A stretch of 55,402 nt of DNA, filler included, from Catajapyx aquilonaris (taxonomy: Eukaryota), in assembly GCA_000934665.2 (NCBI GenBank). It is 3 parts of 3 records of this genome, joined end to end, with 100 filler letters (N's around TTAATTAATTAA, not from the genome) between each part and the next. Parts side by side here need not be neighbours in the genome. Positions count along the whole stretch, not along the records: positions 1 to 18,435 come from JYFJ02006711.1; 2 more parts are not named here. The stretch is one strand, 5' to 3'. The stretch's first letter is position 1; each line of letters starts with the position of its first letter. The position numbers and the translations under genes were made by a program. This document shows positions 1 through 11,943 of this stretch, one piece after another. A model generated the notes under the pieces. It had not been told where the DNA came from. It made no database searches and saw nothing but the letters and a program-made list of their open reading frames with translations.

Positions 1-427
1 ATAAAATTGTGTCATCCATTAGTTCCATCTTTCATGACTGTAAAATCTGTGTAACAGAGTTGGCTGACCTTGATCTAATAAAATCCTCCGTTCGGCACTT
101 GACATTCGCAATTGTCCACCTTCGTCTCCTTCACACGCGATGACACACCTGATGAACGCAAGTTTCGAGTACGGTGGGTTGCCTATCCACCAGGGGCAAC
201 TAGAGACCCATAAAGAAGAGAGTCGCCAACTTGTTATGTAAGGTCGTCTCTGATTCATTGGAGTCATTCTTACTCCAGCGAATCAGAGACGACAGTTTTT
301 GGAGTGTTGATGTGTTTTAAGCGGGTTGGGATCTTGAATTGCTATGTAAACAGCCAAACAACGATTGTTGTTCAGGCCTTTGGCTGCATCCAAATATTGT
401 ACGGGAAACGGCCGTACCCCCGTACGG

Positions 428-523
428 GGGCATTTCCGGACATGGCTTCCTATGTCAAAAATACTTGTCTTGGTCTACACTACCCACCCTGTGATTTTTG
501 CCAAAGTTACAGTATTCACCCTG
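428..523. mobile_element. Diverged right terminal inverted repeat (TIR) of a Tc1/mariner-type MITE related to the 536-1093 family
   Basis: tttccggacatggcttcctatgtcaaaaatacttgtc...caccctg|TA resembles the right TIR at 1003-1093; separated from the next element only by (TA)n. Confidence 0.7.
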
Positions 524-535
524 TATATATATATA

Positions 536-1093
536 CAGGGTGTTTATTGTAACTCTGCAAAGACTTTCGGGGGTAATAGAGGGGACCAAGACAAGTATTT
601 TTGACATAGGAACCCGTGTCCGGAAACGCCATCTAGAGGGGGTTCATAGACAAGGAACGGGTGCGCTCAGACGCGTCACGCGATAGGCGCTAGTCGAGCG
701 GACTGTTTTGTTGATAGGTGGCGCGCAGTTGTTGCCAGGTTATGGCGTATCGCGTCGTTGTAAGTAAACAACAACGCGATATGCCATAACCTGGCAACGA
801 AAGACCCGCTGTTGACTATCCGCGCGTCTCCTAGGAGGCGGACTTAAGTTGCTTTCCGGATTGTGCCAGGTTATGGCACATCGCATCGTTGGTTACTATC
901 CGAGCGCCATCTATCAACAAAACAGTCCGCTCGCCTAGCGCCTCTCGCCTGACGCGTCTGAGCGCGCCCGTTCCTTGTCTATGAACCCCCCTCTAGATGG
1001 CGTTTCCGGACACGGGTTCCTATGTCAAAAATACTTGTCATGGTCCCCTCTATTACCCCTGAAAGTCTTTGCAGAGTTACAATAAACACCCTG
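536..1093. mobile_element. Tc1/mariner-type MITE with long (~190 bp) TIRs
   Basis: TA|cagggtgtttattgtaactctgcaaagac... and ...gtctttgcagagttacaataaacaccctg|TA; arms near-perfect inverted; no transposase. Confidence 0.9.
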
Positions 1094-1104
1094 TATATAT
1101 ATAT

Positions 1105-1178
1105 ATACATACATACATACATACATACATACATACATACATACATACATACATACATACATACATACATACATACAT
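1105..1178. repeat. (TACA)n microsatellite
   Basis: perfect tetranucleotide run directly after the MITE. Confidence 0.95.
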
Positions 1179-2889
1179 CACGGCATAATCCCATAACTGG
1201 GGTAGCCAGCGACGACTAGTTTCTGCCTAGCCGTCTCGTATGACCATTACAATGAATCTTCCGGTGACTGGTCAGGCCACGCAGAAGATATAATGAGTTT
1301 GGTGATGATGAAATCAGTGATATGAACACATACACATACAAATACATAAACATACATCCCTGCTCCCCTTGCTCAGGTGTAAACCTGTTTTGGGGGACAC
1401 ATGTACACCCACATTCCAAATTGTCCATTATATTTTTGAATTAACACATGTTCAGTATTCCCAGCTAATACATCGAAAAATTTATCCTCTTATTTACATT
1501 TTGAAAAAAAGCAAACACAGAAAATTGGATTTTTTGTTAGCCCTTGAAAGAGAAGATGAAAATGTGTAGGTGGGTAGGAGGGAAGGTTATACAGATTTTT
1601 TGTTCTGGGTGTATCGAAGTATCTACATCTTGATCTACATTCATATATTATACATGGTATGCTGTTAACATGCAGTTCTTGCATATTACACCATTCACAG
1701 GAAACCTCATCATACAGTTGTGTGATGACCCTGGGTCATGACATGGTGAATAGTGTGCCCATGGTAGTGCATATTAACCCTACAATAAATATTTAGTTAC
1801 TTCCTTTTGCCTAGATAGTACCGCGCCTATATACATTCCTTTCTTTTCTGCCTTGCTGCTGCTGACGTTAAGGTATTTTGTGCAGCATGAGAGAGAGAGA
1901 GAGTGGAATGTAGACCCTTGTACTATGGTGGGTTACGTTGCTGACTTGTAACTTCTCTTTTTGCTTCTCTCGGTGTCGCTAAAGAGCCAATAAGAGTTAG
2001 TTAAGTAAGTACGTAGTTGATGCGGTCATCTTTGGCCAACCAGGTTAATTTAGTATTAATTTTGGACCAATGATTTTATTCTGGTCACTCCGAAGCTTGA
2101 GCGAGACCGGGGAGAAAGAAGCCCCGAGAAGAGGAGAAGGGTGGTAGCCTCTGAAGAGGAAACATGTAGATTTTGACGCTTAAATTTGCAGTTAGTGGGC
2201 ACCCTGATCACAATAAGATGTGATATTATTGCGCTCCGGTTTTGAGCCGGACAACTTTGTAACTGTACAGTCAGTAACAGTAGTTGGGGTGGTCGAAGTG
2301 ACCATTGTCATGTATCGTAGTGTTGGCGACGCAGTCACCATTTTCCGAGTGTTAAGTGGGGAATAACTCTGTCCTCCCATATGCGAGTACGCGTGTAAGT
2401 GTCGTGCCTACACACATACTTTTGGTGCGTATTGTTGACGTCCGGAAAACCATCCGGAGAAGCCATGACGATGAGGGTCTACCTGGAGGAAGACCAGACG
2501 GATGACCTGAAGGATGACCTCCTGCAGGAAGGCCATCCCCGGCACTACCACATTACCGCATAGTGACTTCACGGGCCATTCCTGCTCAGACGGTGTGCTT
2601 ATCCGTCATGGACAAATCAAGCGAGAGTAAGGACGGGCCCACAGAAGGGCACATTGATTAATTTCATAGCAGAGGTTGAACAGCACAAACACAATTGTAA
2701 CTTTTAACGCTTTGATTTAATAATAACGTGATTTTAAACCTAACTGTTGTTGTACATATTCTTCCACTATTTCCTGCGCATACCACAACTTACAGGTACT
2801 CATCACGGATAATCCGGGAGTCATATCTCGATTGTCCGGAGGCCTGACAGTTGTATGGAGTTTTTCTTCAGGCGTCGGAATCTTGACTT

Positions 2890-3962
2890 GTTGTTTGTTT
2901 GTTTGTTTGTGCTTTATTTAGTCTGTCGGCCTGCAGCTAGTGCCGCTTGGCCGACCCTCCTCCTTCCTCACATGATTACATTTACATTCATAGACATTCT
3001 ACATGATTCCTTCACTTGATTCATTCACATGATTACATTTACATTTATCGACATTCTACATTCTACATTTACATTTTTTACATAATTCCATTTTCTCTCA
3101 CTCCCTCCCCTTGTCTCTCCAAAATTGCATCCCTCCTCTTTTTCACCACACCATACAAATATTTACACAGAGCTCCCCTTTTTTTTACATTCTTTACAAT
3201 CCCATACACCCCTTCATCCTCCATCTCCACCACCGCCGGTATCCATTTCCTCCTCTCCTCCTTCATTACCCTACAATCCCTCACAATATGCCCCATATTC
3301 TCCTCCCCCTCCCCACACAATAAACAGTTCCTCTCCGTTTCTGACAGCCACGACCAGCTAGCCCTGCACAGTGTCCCACATCTTAGTTTCGCCAACACCT
3401 TCAGAAATTTTATGTTCTCTCTGTCCAAATATCGGTCTTCTTCCCTCTCTATCTTTACAGATCTGTAGTCGGGCCAGTTGGTCGTGTTGGCAATTCTCTC
3501 CTCCCTCTCCTTGATCATCCTCTCCCTCAGTTCCTTCCCCCACGAGTCCCATCGTTCTTCCCAAGTTTGCCTTTGCCACTCCTCATCATGCTCCACCCCC
3601 CATTCATCTTCCTTCTTCCTCACGTCTTCCCACCAGCCATTTTTACTACCTCCCTCCCTTTCCTTCTTCATCTCATCCCATATCCTTCGCAACAGTCTGT
3701 CCTCCCCTAACCTTTCCACCTTCATAATCCACCTAACTGCCCTTTCTAATGCCGCCACTTCCACCTCCATCATCCCTGTCTCTGTCAGAACAATGTACCC
3801 CGGAGTATTCTGGGCCACTCCGAGCCACCTCTTGAGGAACCCCAACTGCACACACTCCATTGCTCGCCCCACCTTCCACGCCCACACCTCGGCTCCCTGC
3901 AGTATGATTGTTCTCACCATGCTTCCATATAATGCCTTTACCAAACCCCACTGTTCAATTTT
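2890..3962 (-). mobile_element. 5'-truncated non-LTR retrotransposon (LINE, RTE-X-like by eye): ORF2 C-terminal region, 3'UTR, (CAAA)n tail
   Basis: ORF 3078-3944 has GAEVW...FLKRWLGVAQNTPGYIVLTETG and a CLLC-x8-H-x4-C zinc motif; AATAAA then (CAAA)n at 2890-2918 on the minus strand; 15-bp target-site duplication (TSD) tcggaatcttgactt at 2875-2889 and 3963-3977. Confidence 0.9.
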
Positions 3963-3977
3963 TCGGAATCTTGACTT

Positions 3978-4260
3978 ATTTCTTTAATTACTTAACATTC
4001 TAGTCTGTATTATTGGTAGACAGTAAGTGAGGTATACTTCTTGTTCAAAGCTACTTTTAATGTCTTTGTAATATTTGTATCTATTGGTTTGGTGTAGCAT
4101 GTTCATAATGTTTGTTTTTTGGGTCGTGTTTATATTTTCAACAATAAAGACCTTGTCCATAAAAATATCTGACCAGTTCACTCCATTGTTTTGTATAAGA
4201 TTTTTGCAAAGTGTAGATCCAATTTTCTCTCAGTTTCTGAACAAATGTGTTGGTGTGGCC
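3978..4260 (-). mobile_element. Older degenerate LINE ORF2 C-terminal fragment (host of the 2890-3962 insertion)
   Basis: NRYKYYKDIKSSFEQEVYL resembles TRYVFYKEIKHEFAMEDFF of the LINE fragment at ~42000. Confidence 0.55.
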
Positions 4261-4403
4261 CTTTAAGGCATATTTCCAATAAATAATTTTAATACTTCAA
4301 ATAGTTCAGGAAATACAAGTTAATTTCTCCACCCCCACCCTTTTTGCACGTCCTGGACATGGGCCCTTGTGCTACTGGTAGGCTACTGGGCCATTCAATT
4401 AAT

Positions 4404-4645
4404 ATCTCGAGATTGGTGACAGCTAGAGAGGAACTGTTTTCGGCACAAACCGGCACAAACGAAGCACAAACGAACAGCAGCTCCGAAATTGCGTAATTCC
4501 GTTGGCGGGGGGGGGGGNTCCGTTGGTGGGGGGGCTGGTGAAGTCATCATCCGATTATTAAATAATTTATATCTCGAGATTGGTGACAGCTAGAGAGGTA
4601 GGGTTTTCGGCACAAACCGGCACAAACGAAGCACTAACGAACGGC
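4404..4645. repeat. Imperfect ~75-bp direct repeat, probably internal to a non-autonomous DNA element
   Basis: atctcgagattggtgacagctagagagg...ttttcggcacaaaccggcacaaacgaagcac at ~4404 and ~4571. Confidence 0.75.
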
Positions 4646-6893
4646 GCTGTCGTTCTCTTCAAATTTTTCACAAATATTCGATAAAAAATTTGAAATATGA
4701 TTTTAAAACCGGCGTTAATGTGAAACTGCGTAATATGGAGCGGCGTAAAACGGGTACTTCCTGTAATAACACAAAGTCATCGGGTAAAACCTCAGCTCTA
4801 CCAGCTAAAACAAATTAGCAGATACAAAATGCTATTAACTAGGCTACTAATAACACTATAATACGGATAAATTTAATATTGATAGCTAATGTTAGCTACT
4901 TTAGCATCATCGGGTAAAAATGCGAGCTATTTTTAAATAATTACTAGGAAACTTGGCAGCAATCATAATGGGGAACTAGCCTTCATTTTGGAAACTACAT
5001 AATAAATTCGCCCATATTTTTTGGATTTTTTTGCATATTCCGTTTTAAGATATCAGTTTCAGGTCCGGAGTAATTGGGGTTTTTATGTAGGCAAATGGTG
5101 ACGTCACTGTTTCCCTAGAAAATGTTGACGTCACGCGAAGTGAAATGAACGCAAAATGGTGTTATAGAATGCGCCCCGTCATTGTCGTAAAATGCTTCGC
5201 TGTTGTTAGCAACCGTCCCATTCCGTGAGCAAGATAGCGGCCGGGGCGCGTATTTATTCCAGGTCGCTCAAGCCGCTTTGTACATGGCAGTGATGCCACC
5301 AGGTCGGAATTATCTGTCACCCGAATTCGGCACATGAAGGCCCTCCTTCTCCACCTCGATGGCCTACAGCCGCCTTGCGAATGCTTTCCGTCGTGTCCGC
5401 GGTTAATTCAAAGTCAAATTCCTCATATCTCGCAGTCAACCAGGCCTTTCAGAGTACCCTTTCGATTGGCACCACTCTGTTGCTCTGTTTTTCCCGCCAA
5501 TTTTGAAGGCACTTTTAAATGTGCCGTAATTTATCCAGTAATGTCATTTTGATGCAACAAAGTGATGGAATGTATGTTTACAGGCATGGGCTAGCTAGTT
5601 ATGAACAAATATCCCAAATCCCAGACCAAGGCTAGTTCCCCATTAGGCCTATACGTATCATATCATGCAAGCTTCACATACGAGATACGACACACCTAAA
5701 TGTAGTGGCCTTATTGTTGGCACCGTCCCCAAATAAGGCCGGAGGATTTGTAATTTTTGCCGGCAAAAATAGGCTACTTTCACACGGAATATAAAAATTA
5801 TTTTCTTGCCTCACTGAAGGGGAAGATTTGGTCTTCGAAATCGCCAAGTTATCTTGTATTTGCATATTAGCTAGGTAAATGTTCATTCCTTAGTATCACC
5901 TAATTCCATTTAGGTGCCTTATTATATTTCGAGAAACAATATCTACCCGCATCTATGCATAATTATGTGTAGCCTAGACCGTCCATGAGTAGACCTACTG
6001 GCCACCCTGCATAGCATGTTGCAACATACGGTACTATATGTAACCCTGTTGTATAGGCTACTTATCTGAGATTCATATTTCGTTGCATATTAGGCTATTT
6101 CTAGCACAACGTTTTGTCTTGTAACATAGACAAAGAATATATTCAATACTGGTATTAGTATGCTTAAGTTGTGTTTGGCGCGGATGTGGCAGACCACGCC
6201 TACTTTGGTTTCCAAGGCCTCATTCTGCATCCGTCGAAACCTTAGTTTTCATGCGCACCCAATATGTGCTTATTTACTTATTTGCCCCGACTCCTCCACG
6301 ACTCCAGACTAGTCTTTCGCAAGGCTCCTCCGACGGATGTAAGGACGTCTTTGCCAATTCAGTTGAAAAATATCAAAAGGTAAGCTAATATGCCCAATTC
6401 ACATTACTTATATGTTCTGATTTGCTGGCTAACTCTTTGACAAGCGCTTTGTGAATTTATGCCTATATCAAATTGCTACCAAAATTAGACGAGAATATAA
6501 TCCGAAAACATAAAATGCTTATGAGAATGCTGTAGCCAATTACTTCAAGGACGTTTTTCAACCTTTATTACTTGCTCCGTGAATATTTCCGTTAACCCTT
6601 GAGTCTCGCATACTGCGTAATTGGGCAAATTCAGTTTTACATAATTTTCTTCACATTATTGAAAAATAAAAATGAGTTTAATTCTCGCTTATCACAGAAA
6701 ACCATTTTGGTGGTGTGCGTATAGGTTGGGTTTTCAAATATCCCTTCAATGTCTAAAGCAAATTATATCTTCAACATTCTGAAGGAGCCCGGTTGGCCTT
6801 CTGAGGCTTTTTCCAGTCTCCGCAGTGTATACACATTTTGAGTAGGCTACTGTCATCGGGATAAAGTATACTACAAAATTGCTCACTTTCTTA

Positions 6894-7425
6894 GGGGCCG
6901 TCAATAAATCACGTGACACTTTTTGGGCCATTTTCGACCCCTCCCCCCCTTTCCCCCATGTGACCCACCGTGACATTTGAGGTAATCCCCCCCCCCCTCC
7001 CCGCCCCTTTGTCAGGTGATATTTTTTTTTGTTCCTATTGCGACTGCATTCGTACTTGACAATGCTATATTGCAAGACATATAAACGGCGGTATATTAAA
7101 AGAGACGAACACTAGGACCCAAGAGGCAGTGCTGGCGTTGAATTTTAATAATTAAATTCGATTATCTCCGTCTGGTAGCCGAAAGTGAAAAAAACCCAAC
7201 TAGAGTGAAATCGTCTTTAAAAATGTCTCACATATTATTATAAATATATGTTTAATAAAGGAACTCGATCCAAAAGGAAGTGCGCCCCGGCTCCATTTTC
7301 ACCACGTATAATATAATATTATATGTCACATATATGCTCAGACCCCCCTCCCTCCCCAATGTGATCAACCGTGACTCTGAGACATACCCCCCTATAGCAG
7401 CATAACGTGATTTATGGACGGCCCC
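6894..7425. mobile_element. PIF/Harbinger-type MITE
   Basis: TIR ggggccgtc(a/c)ataaatcacg at both ends; 3-bp TSD TTA at 6891-6893 and 7426-7428. Confidence 0.85.
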
Positions 7426-8503
7426 TTACGTGTACATGGAGGGTTGAAATTATGTTTCAGTAGAGTTAATGTTATTTTAATTTTGTGAGGCTGAACATAG
7501 AGGTTCAACTTAACGGTCCTAACGATTATCAAAGAAAAGCAATAATAAATTATTACATGTATTCATATTAACGTCGTTCTGACTATGGCTCGCAATCGCC
7601 TTCTAGAGAAGACTGCGTCACGTCAATTAGACAGCAATTTTTTCGATACTCGGTCCATTTAAGGCGCAGCATGTGGTGACATCATTGCCAATAACTACAG
7701 CAGACACATCATTATCGCAGAACCCAGCAAACCAATGTGTAGGCTGCTGATATAAAAGTAATGCTATAACAGTACAGTCCCATAATATTCTTCGACGATT
7801 ACGCAAAACAATACGGGGGACTAAAATTCGGACCAGGCACAGTCACATTCGTCAATATTTGAGTGACGCATTATTTAATATAATAAATTAAGAAATCTGA
7901 TAGTTACAGGCACCCAGAGAAATTTCGAACAATAAAAATCATTTCCTATAAGTAAGTGAGAATGCCATTTAAAACTTCAAACCATCGCATCGAAGCTCAA
8001 AATAAATTAAATGTGATTATGATCGTTCTGAATTTTGGGCCTTCATATTAACATTGTCGAATAAACTCTATATAAGGCACAAGAGTGAAACAACTGGCCG
8101 GTGCTCTTGTGTCAGGTAGTCCCTTTCATGTGACTTGTTCATTAGTGGTTTTAATTCAGATATCTGCGTAAAAATGCGGTGAAGGCTTATTTCCATCGCT
8201 AGAGCCAGCCGAGGAGCCGACCCCCCCCCCCCCNCCCCCCCTCACCACACACACACACCAACACACACAAAGAGGGAGGTGGCGGGATGGGGTCGCACAT
8301 AATCGAGTGAGTGACATGTTTATAAACCGTGTCTTGAATGCCCCAAGTTGAAACAGTCTGCTTTTAGGTTCCTCGCACTTTCTTTCCAAGGAATCTGCTA
8401 CGCGATTTTTATATCCTTGTTGCAGTTCCTGGTATTTGTTTCAGTAATGTTTCGACCATTGAAATGAAGATGACTCATCACGGTATTGCAATTCCAGCTT
8501 ATA

Positions 8504-8795
8504 GGGAGTCATGGTGGTCTGGTGGTTACGCCACTGACCAACCAAGCGGGAGGCCGGGGTTCAAATCCAGTTCCCGTCCCCTCTGCTTGGCCGGGTCTTT
8601 TCCCGCTTTTCACCCGACAGTTCGGGGCAGAATTGCACTTCCTACTCTGCCCAGGGCCAGGAAAAAAGGTCTGGTGTATTTCAGAAAGTCAGAAATGACT
8701 ACCGCACAGCGCCCTCCCTTGGGAACCTCCCTTGGAACCTCCCCTTCCCCCTAAGAGGGCCTCAGGCCCTATCACGGGGTATTTTAAAAAAAATA
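8504..8795 (+). mobile_element. tRNA-derived SINE
   Basis: A box tggtctggtgg, B box ggttcaaatcc, tail ccccctaagagggc...cacggggta plus A-run; 9-bp TSD cagcttata (8495-8503 / 8796-8804). Confidence 0.85.
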
Positions 8796-8847
8796 CAGCT
8801 TATATTAATTCGATCCCCATTTCTCCGAAACTCGTAAATACATGCTA

Positions 8848-9561
8848 CAGGGTGTCCCACTCGCTACTTTACCCGGCATTTCTAACTTTAACACGAATGA
8901 AAGTATATATCAATTAAATTATACCTGAACTAACTTCATTATGTGAGAAAGGAAAGGAAATCACAACATGTGGCTGCAATGACCACCATTTGTGTCCAGG
9001 CAGGCCTGAACACGACGCTCCATACTTTGGAAGGGCCTGGCCAGCATGTCCTGAGGCATTGCCTGAATTTATTGGATGTTTTATTTCAAGGCATCAATGG
9101 ATTTCGGTTTGTTTCAGTAGGCTACATAATTATGACACACATCATACGTCAGGATTGCCAAAATTCAGTCCTTTCTTGGCGACCAAGTCATTTCGAAGGG
9201 ACTTTGGTCACCTTGGTCGCCCGATCTTACGCCGCCTGACTACTTCTTATGGGGCTCTCTGAAAAGGCGAGTGTAGGTACCAAAACAAACCACAATCCAT
9301 CTACACTTTCAAATAAATCACCCGGCATACAAAAAAATTCAGGCAGTGCCTCAGGACATGCTGGCCAGAGCCTTATTCCAAAACGCCAAAATGGGGAGCG
9401 CCTGGCTGAACGCAAATTGTGGCCATTTCCAGCACATGTTGTGATGCCATTGCCTTTCCCACATAATGGGGTTGGTTCAGTTCAAATTTCGTTGCGATAT
9501 CTTCATTCACGTTAAAGTTATGAAAGAAATGCCGGGTAAAAGTAGCGAGTGGGACACCCTG
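8848..9561. mobile_element. Non-autonomous Tc1/mariner derivative with long inverted arms
   Basis: TA|cagggtgtcccactcgctacttt...aaagtagcgagtgggacaccctg|TA; internal remnant PWSPDLTPPDYFLWGSLK (~9212-9265), the Tc1/mariner C-terminal catalytic motif. Confidence 0.85.
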
Positions 9562-10531
9562 TACAAGTTTTTACGTGATAGACCCTCGTTGGCATTCGTG
9601 TGGGCATTTCACAAAAATTGCTAACAATACGGTACATTGCCTACTTGTAAGAGATTTTTCACGATAATTATGGCCTAGTTTAGTGCCTGAAAGTATACGC
9701 AGAATTCAAGTGGCTGTATTTCTTTTCTATTCCATTAGTTATTGCAGTGCAAACTCGCCATAATTATACGCTGTATCAAAAAAATTATTGTGCGTCTTAT
9801 TTACTTATAAAATAATTCAGATAGTAGTCTTTAGCCATCCTACACGCAGATTTTTGCTAAATGTAAGCTCTCCGTCCAACATGTTCCGATTTTGTTAATT
9901 CTGGTAAGTTTGCCATTATGTGTTGCACAGAGAAATCTCTGCTGCGTCGACAAGTTTATTCACAGAGCATTTTATACTACGTAAGTATTACGACTTGCAA
10001 GATGACACCACGGGACCAAGTCTGCGAGGGTTTTTTTTCCGTATACATGTGGCAATCCTGCGCTGCTGCATTGGCAATGTTTCAGATGCGGGAGAGAATG
10101 AAAACTCTGTTACACAACTTGTCACCTACCAGTATAAGAACCGCAATGAAGGGGAGCAGGGGCAGGCCTATAGGGCAGGCTCAATGTTGGCGGATTCTGA
10201 TATTGCGATTCGTATACCTCGTTGCAACTGCGTTTCAAGTTACAGGTAGTACCCGGTCTACGAACGGAGTTACGTTCCTGAAAATGTCAATAAGTCGGAT
10301 TTGTACGTAATTCGGATCCCTGAGGAACAGCGCATAATTATATAACGTACAGCGCAGCACCAGGGAGGCAACAATTCTCTCACCGAAACCCTGCAATTCA
10401 CCAAGTCTTGTTCCCGCAAAGCTCCGGTTTCATTGCGAAGCTCATGGGACATTTTCATCTGTAGGTCGGGCGGTATTACCCCGCATAATACGCAGAGGGG
10501 ATCGTTAGGAGTCGTTCTACAGGCCCTAGCT

Positions 10532-10764
10532 CAGTGATTCCCAACCATTTTTTGGGGTTGCTTCCCCCTTTTATAATCAAGTAACCTGCGACCCCCCCCC
10601 CCCCCCGAGTATTGATAGAAGATTGATGTAGTGTAGACATATTAATACATTTTTAAAACCTTCGTGGTGAAATTTCCTGTAAAATTTCTTGCAAGTAAAA
10701 ATTACCGCGGCCACCGCGCGACCCCCCGGAAAAGGCTTCGCGACCCCCAGGTTGGGAACCACTT
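10532..10764. mobile_element. hAT (Charlie-like) MITE, degenerate
   Basis: TIR cagtgattcccaacc / ggttgggaaccact; 8-bp TSD not preserved. Confidence 0.6.
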
Positions 10765-11312
10765 CTTTATGAGAAGTAATCCACATTAGAAAAGATGTCG
10801 AATTGTCCTTCGGTGGCTCCACAGCCCACAGGTACAGTACATTTCCATGCGATTACGCATTTTGGATGAAATACGAAATAACTGGTCTTCGTATGTTCTC
10901 CGGCATGCGGAGATCCGAACTTACGCAAAAAAAACCGTTTGAAATGCGTTAAAAATTACAACTTTACGGTACAATTTGCTAGGACTATTGAATCATGCAT
11001 AGCTCAATGCAGACCAAAACGTGATTCTGCTTGTCCTGGATTTCACGTCTTTCTATCATTTTAATATTTTTATAACCCTTCTTTAAAAGAACTCGAGTCT
11101 ATATTTAATCTGAGCTGGTGGGTGTCAAAAAGGTTTCGCATGCAACATTTTGATTAAAAGCAGTGCTGTAATGGCCCTCATCTGGCATATGAGGTGAGTA
11201 ATTGGATTTTAAAAAATGGGCGTGTTATAATTATTCATGTGTGATGAATCATGGTGGGAGATAAATTAAGTAGCTGCTGCCGTCACTTTCTAAAATGAAT
11301 CATCACATTAGT

Positions 11313-11700
11313 TGTTTTTTTTAGCTTTACCCCATTAGAGGGAACAGAGCCCTTTTAGGGGGCTGGATTACCACCATTCTTTCTTGCGAAATTTCTTCGC
11401 ATTTTTTCCCTCTCCGGTGCAGGGGTCAGGATAGGGATTTTTGTGAGGGGGGGATACGGGTGCGAGTGCGATGTCCGAAATTTGGGGGTCCTGTGCAGTC
11501 CCCCAGGGGGCCAAGCTACAAGACACCCCCAAGGTGCGGGTCAGAAACTCCCACAGACACCGCACCCATGAACAGGACAAGGATAGGAAAGGAAAGGAAG
11601 GAAGCGGCTGTGGCCTATTTTACGGTACGATCCCGGAATTTCTCCTGGGGCGACCTTGCAAAACCACAGAAAACCAAGGTCAGGACCACCGGCCTTCTTG
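11313..11700 (-). mobile_element. SINE with the same body and 3' tail as the 32556/48040 family but a different 5' portion
   Basis: reverse complement contains tgcaccggagag...atggtggtaatccagccccctaaaagggc...ggggtaa plus A-run. Confidence 0.7.
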
Positions 11701-11829
11701 AGGGTCCATGCAACTGTCAACAATCCTCTGTTTGTCTACCAATTTACTACGCACTCCTATTCGCCTCGTCCGACGTCCTCTATCACAACTGCTCGAATGA
11801 CAATGTTATAAGCTCATCTCATTTATATA

Positions 11830-11943
11830 CAGGGTGTTCCCTGTAACTCTGTCAAGACTTACAGGGGTAATAGAAGGGACCAAGAGAAGTATTTTTCACA
11901 TAGAAACCCGTGTCCGGAAACGCCATCAAAAGGGGGTCCATAC
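11830..11943. mobile_element. Solo left TIR of the 536-1093 MITE family
   Basis: TA|cagggtgttccctgtaactctgtcaagac...cccgtgtccggaaacgccatc matches 536-640 with substitutions. Confidence 0.8.

Noticed and set aside
979..1219. ORFs with YVCM / HTYI repeats
   Set aside because: Translation of (TACA)n
3016..3987. Plus-strand Ser/Leu/Phe-rich ORFs
   Set aside because: Antisense shadows of the purine-rich LINE ORF
6308..10246. Candidate upstream exons of the Sec16-like gene (6308-6378, 9850-9903, 10086-10246)
   Set aside because: Splice-like sites exist and 10086-10246 is phase-compatible in one frame, but there is no homology and no consistent chain to a start codon
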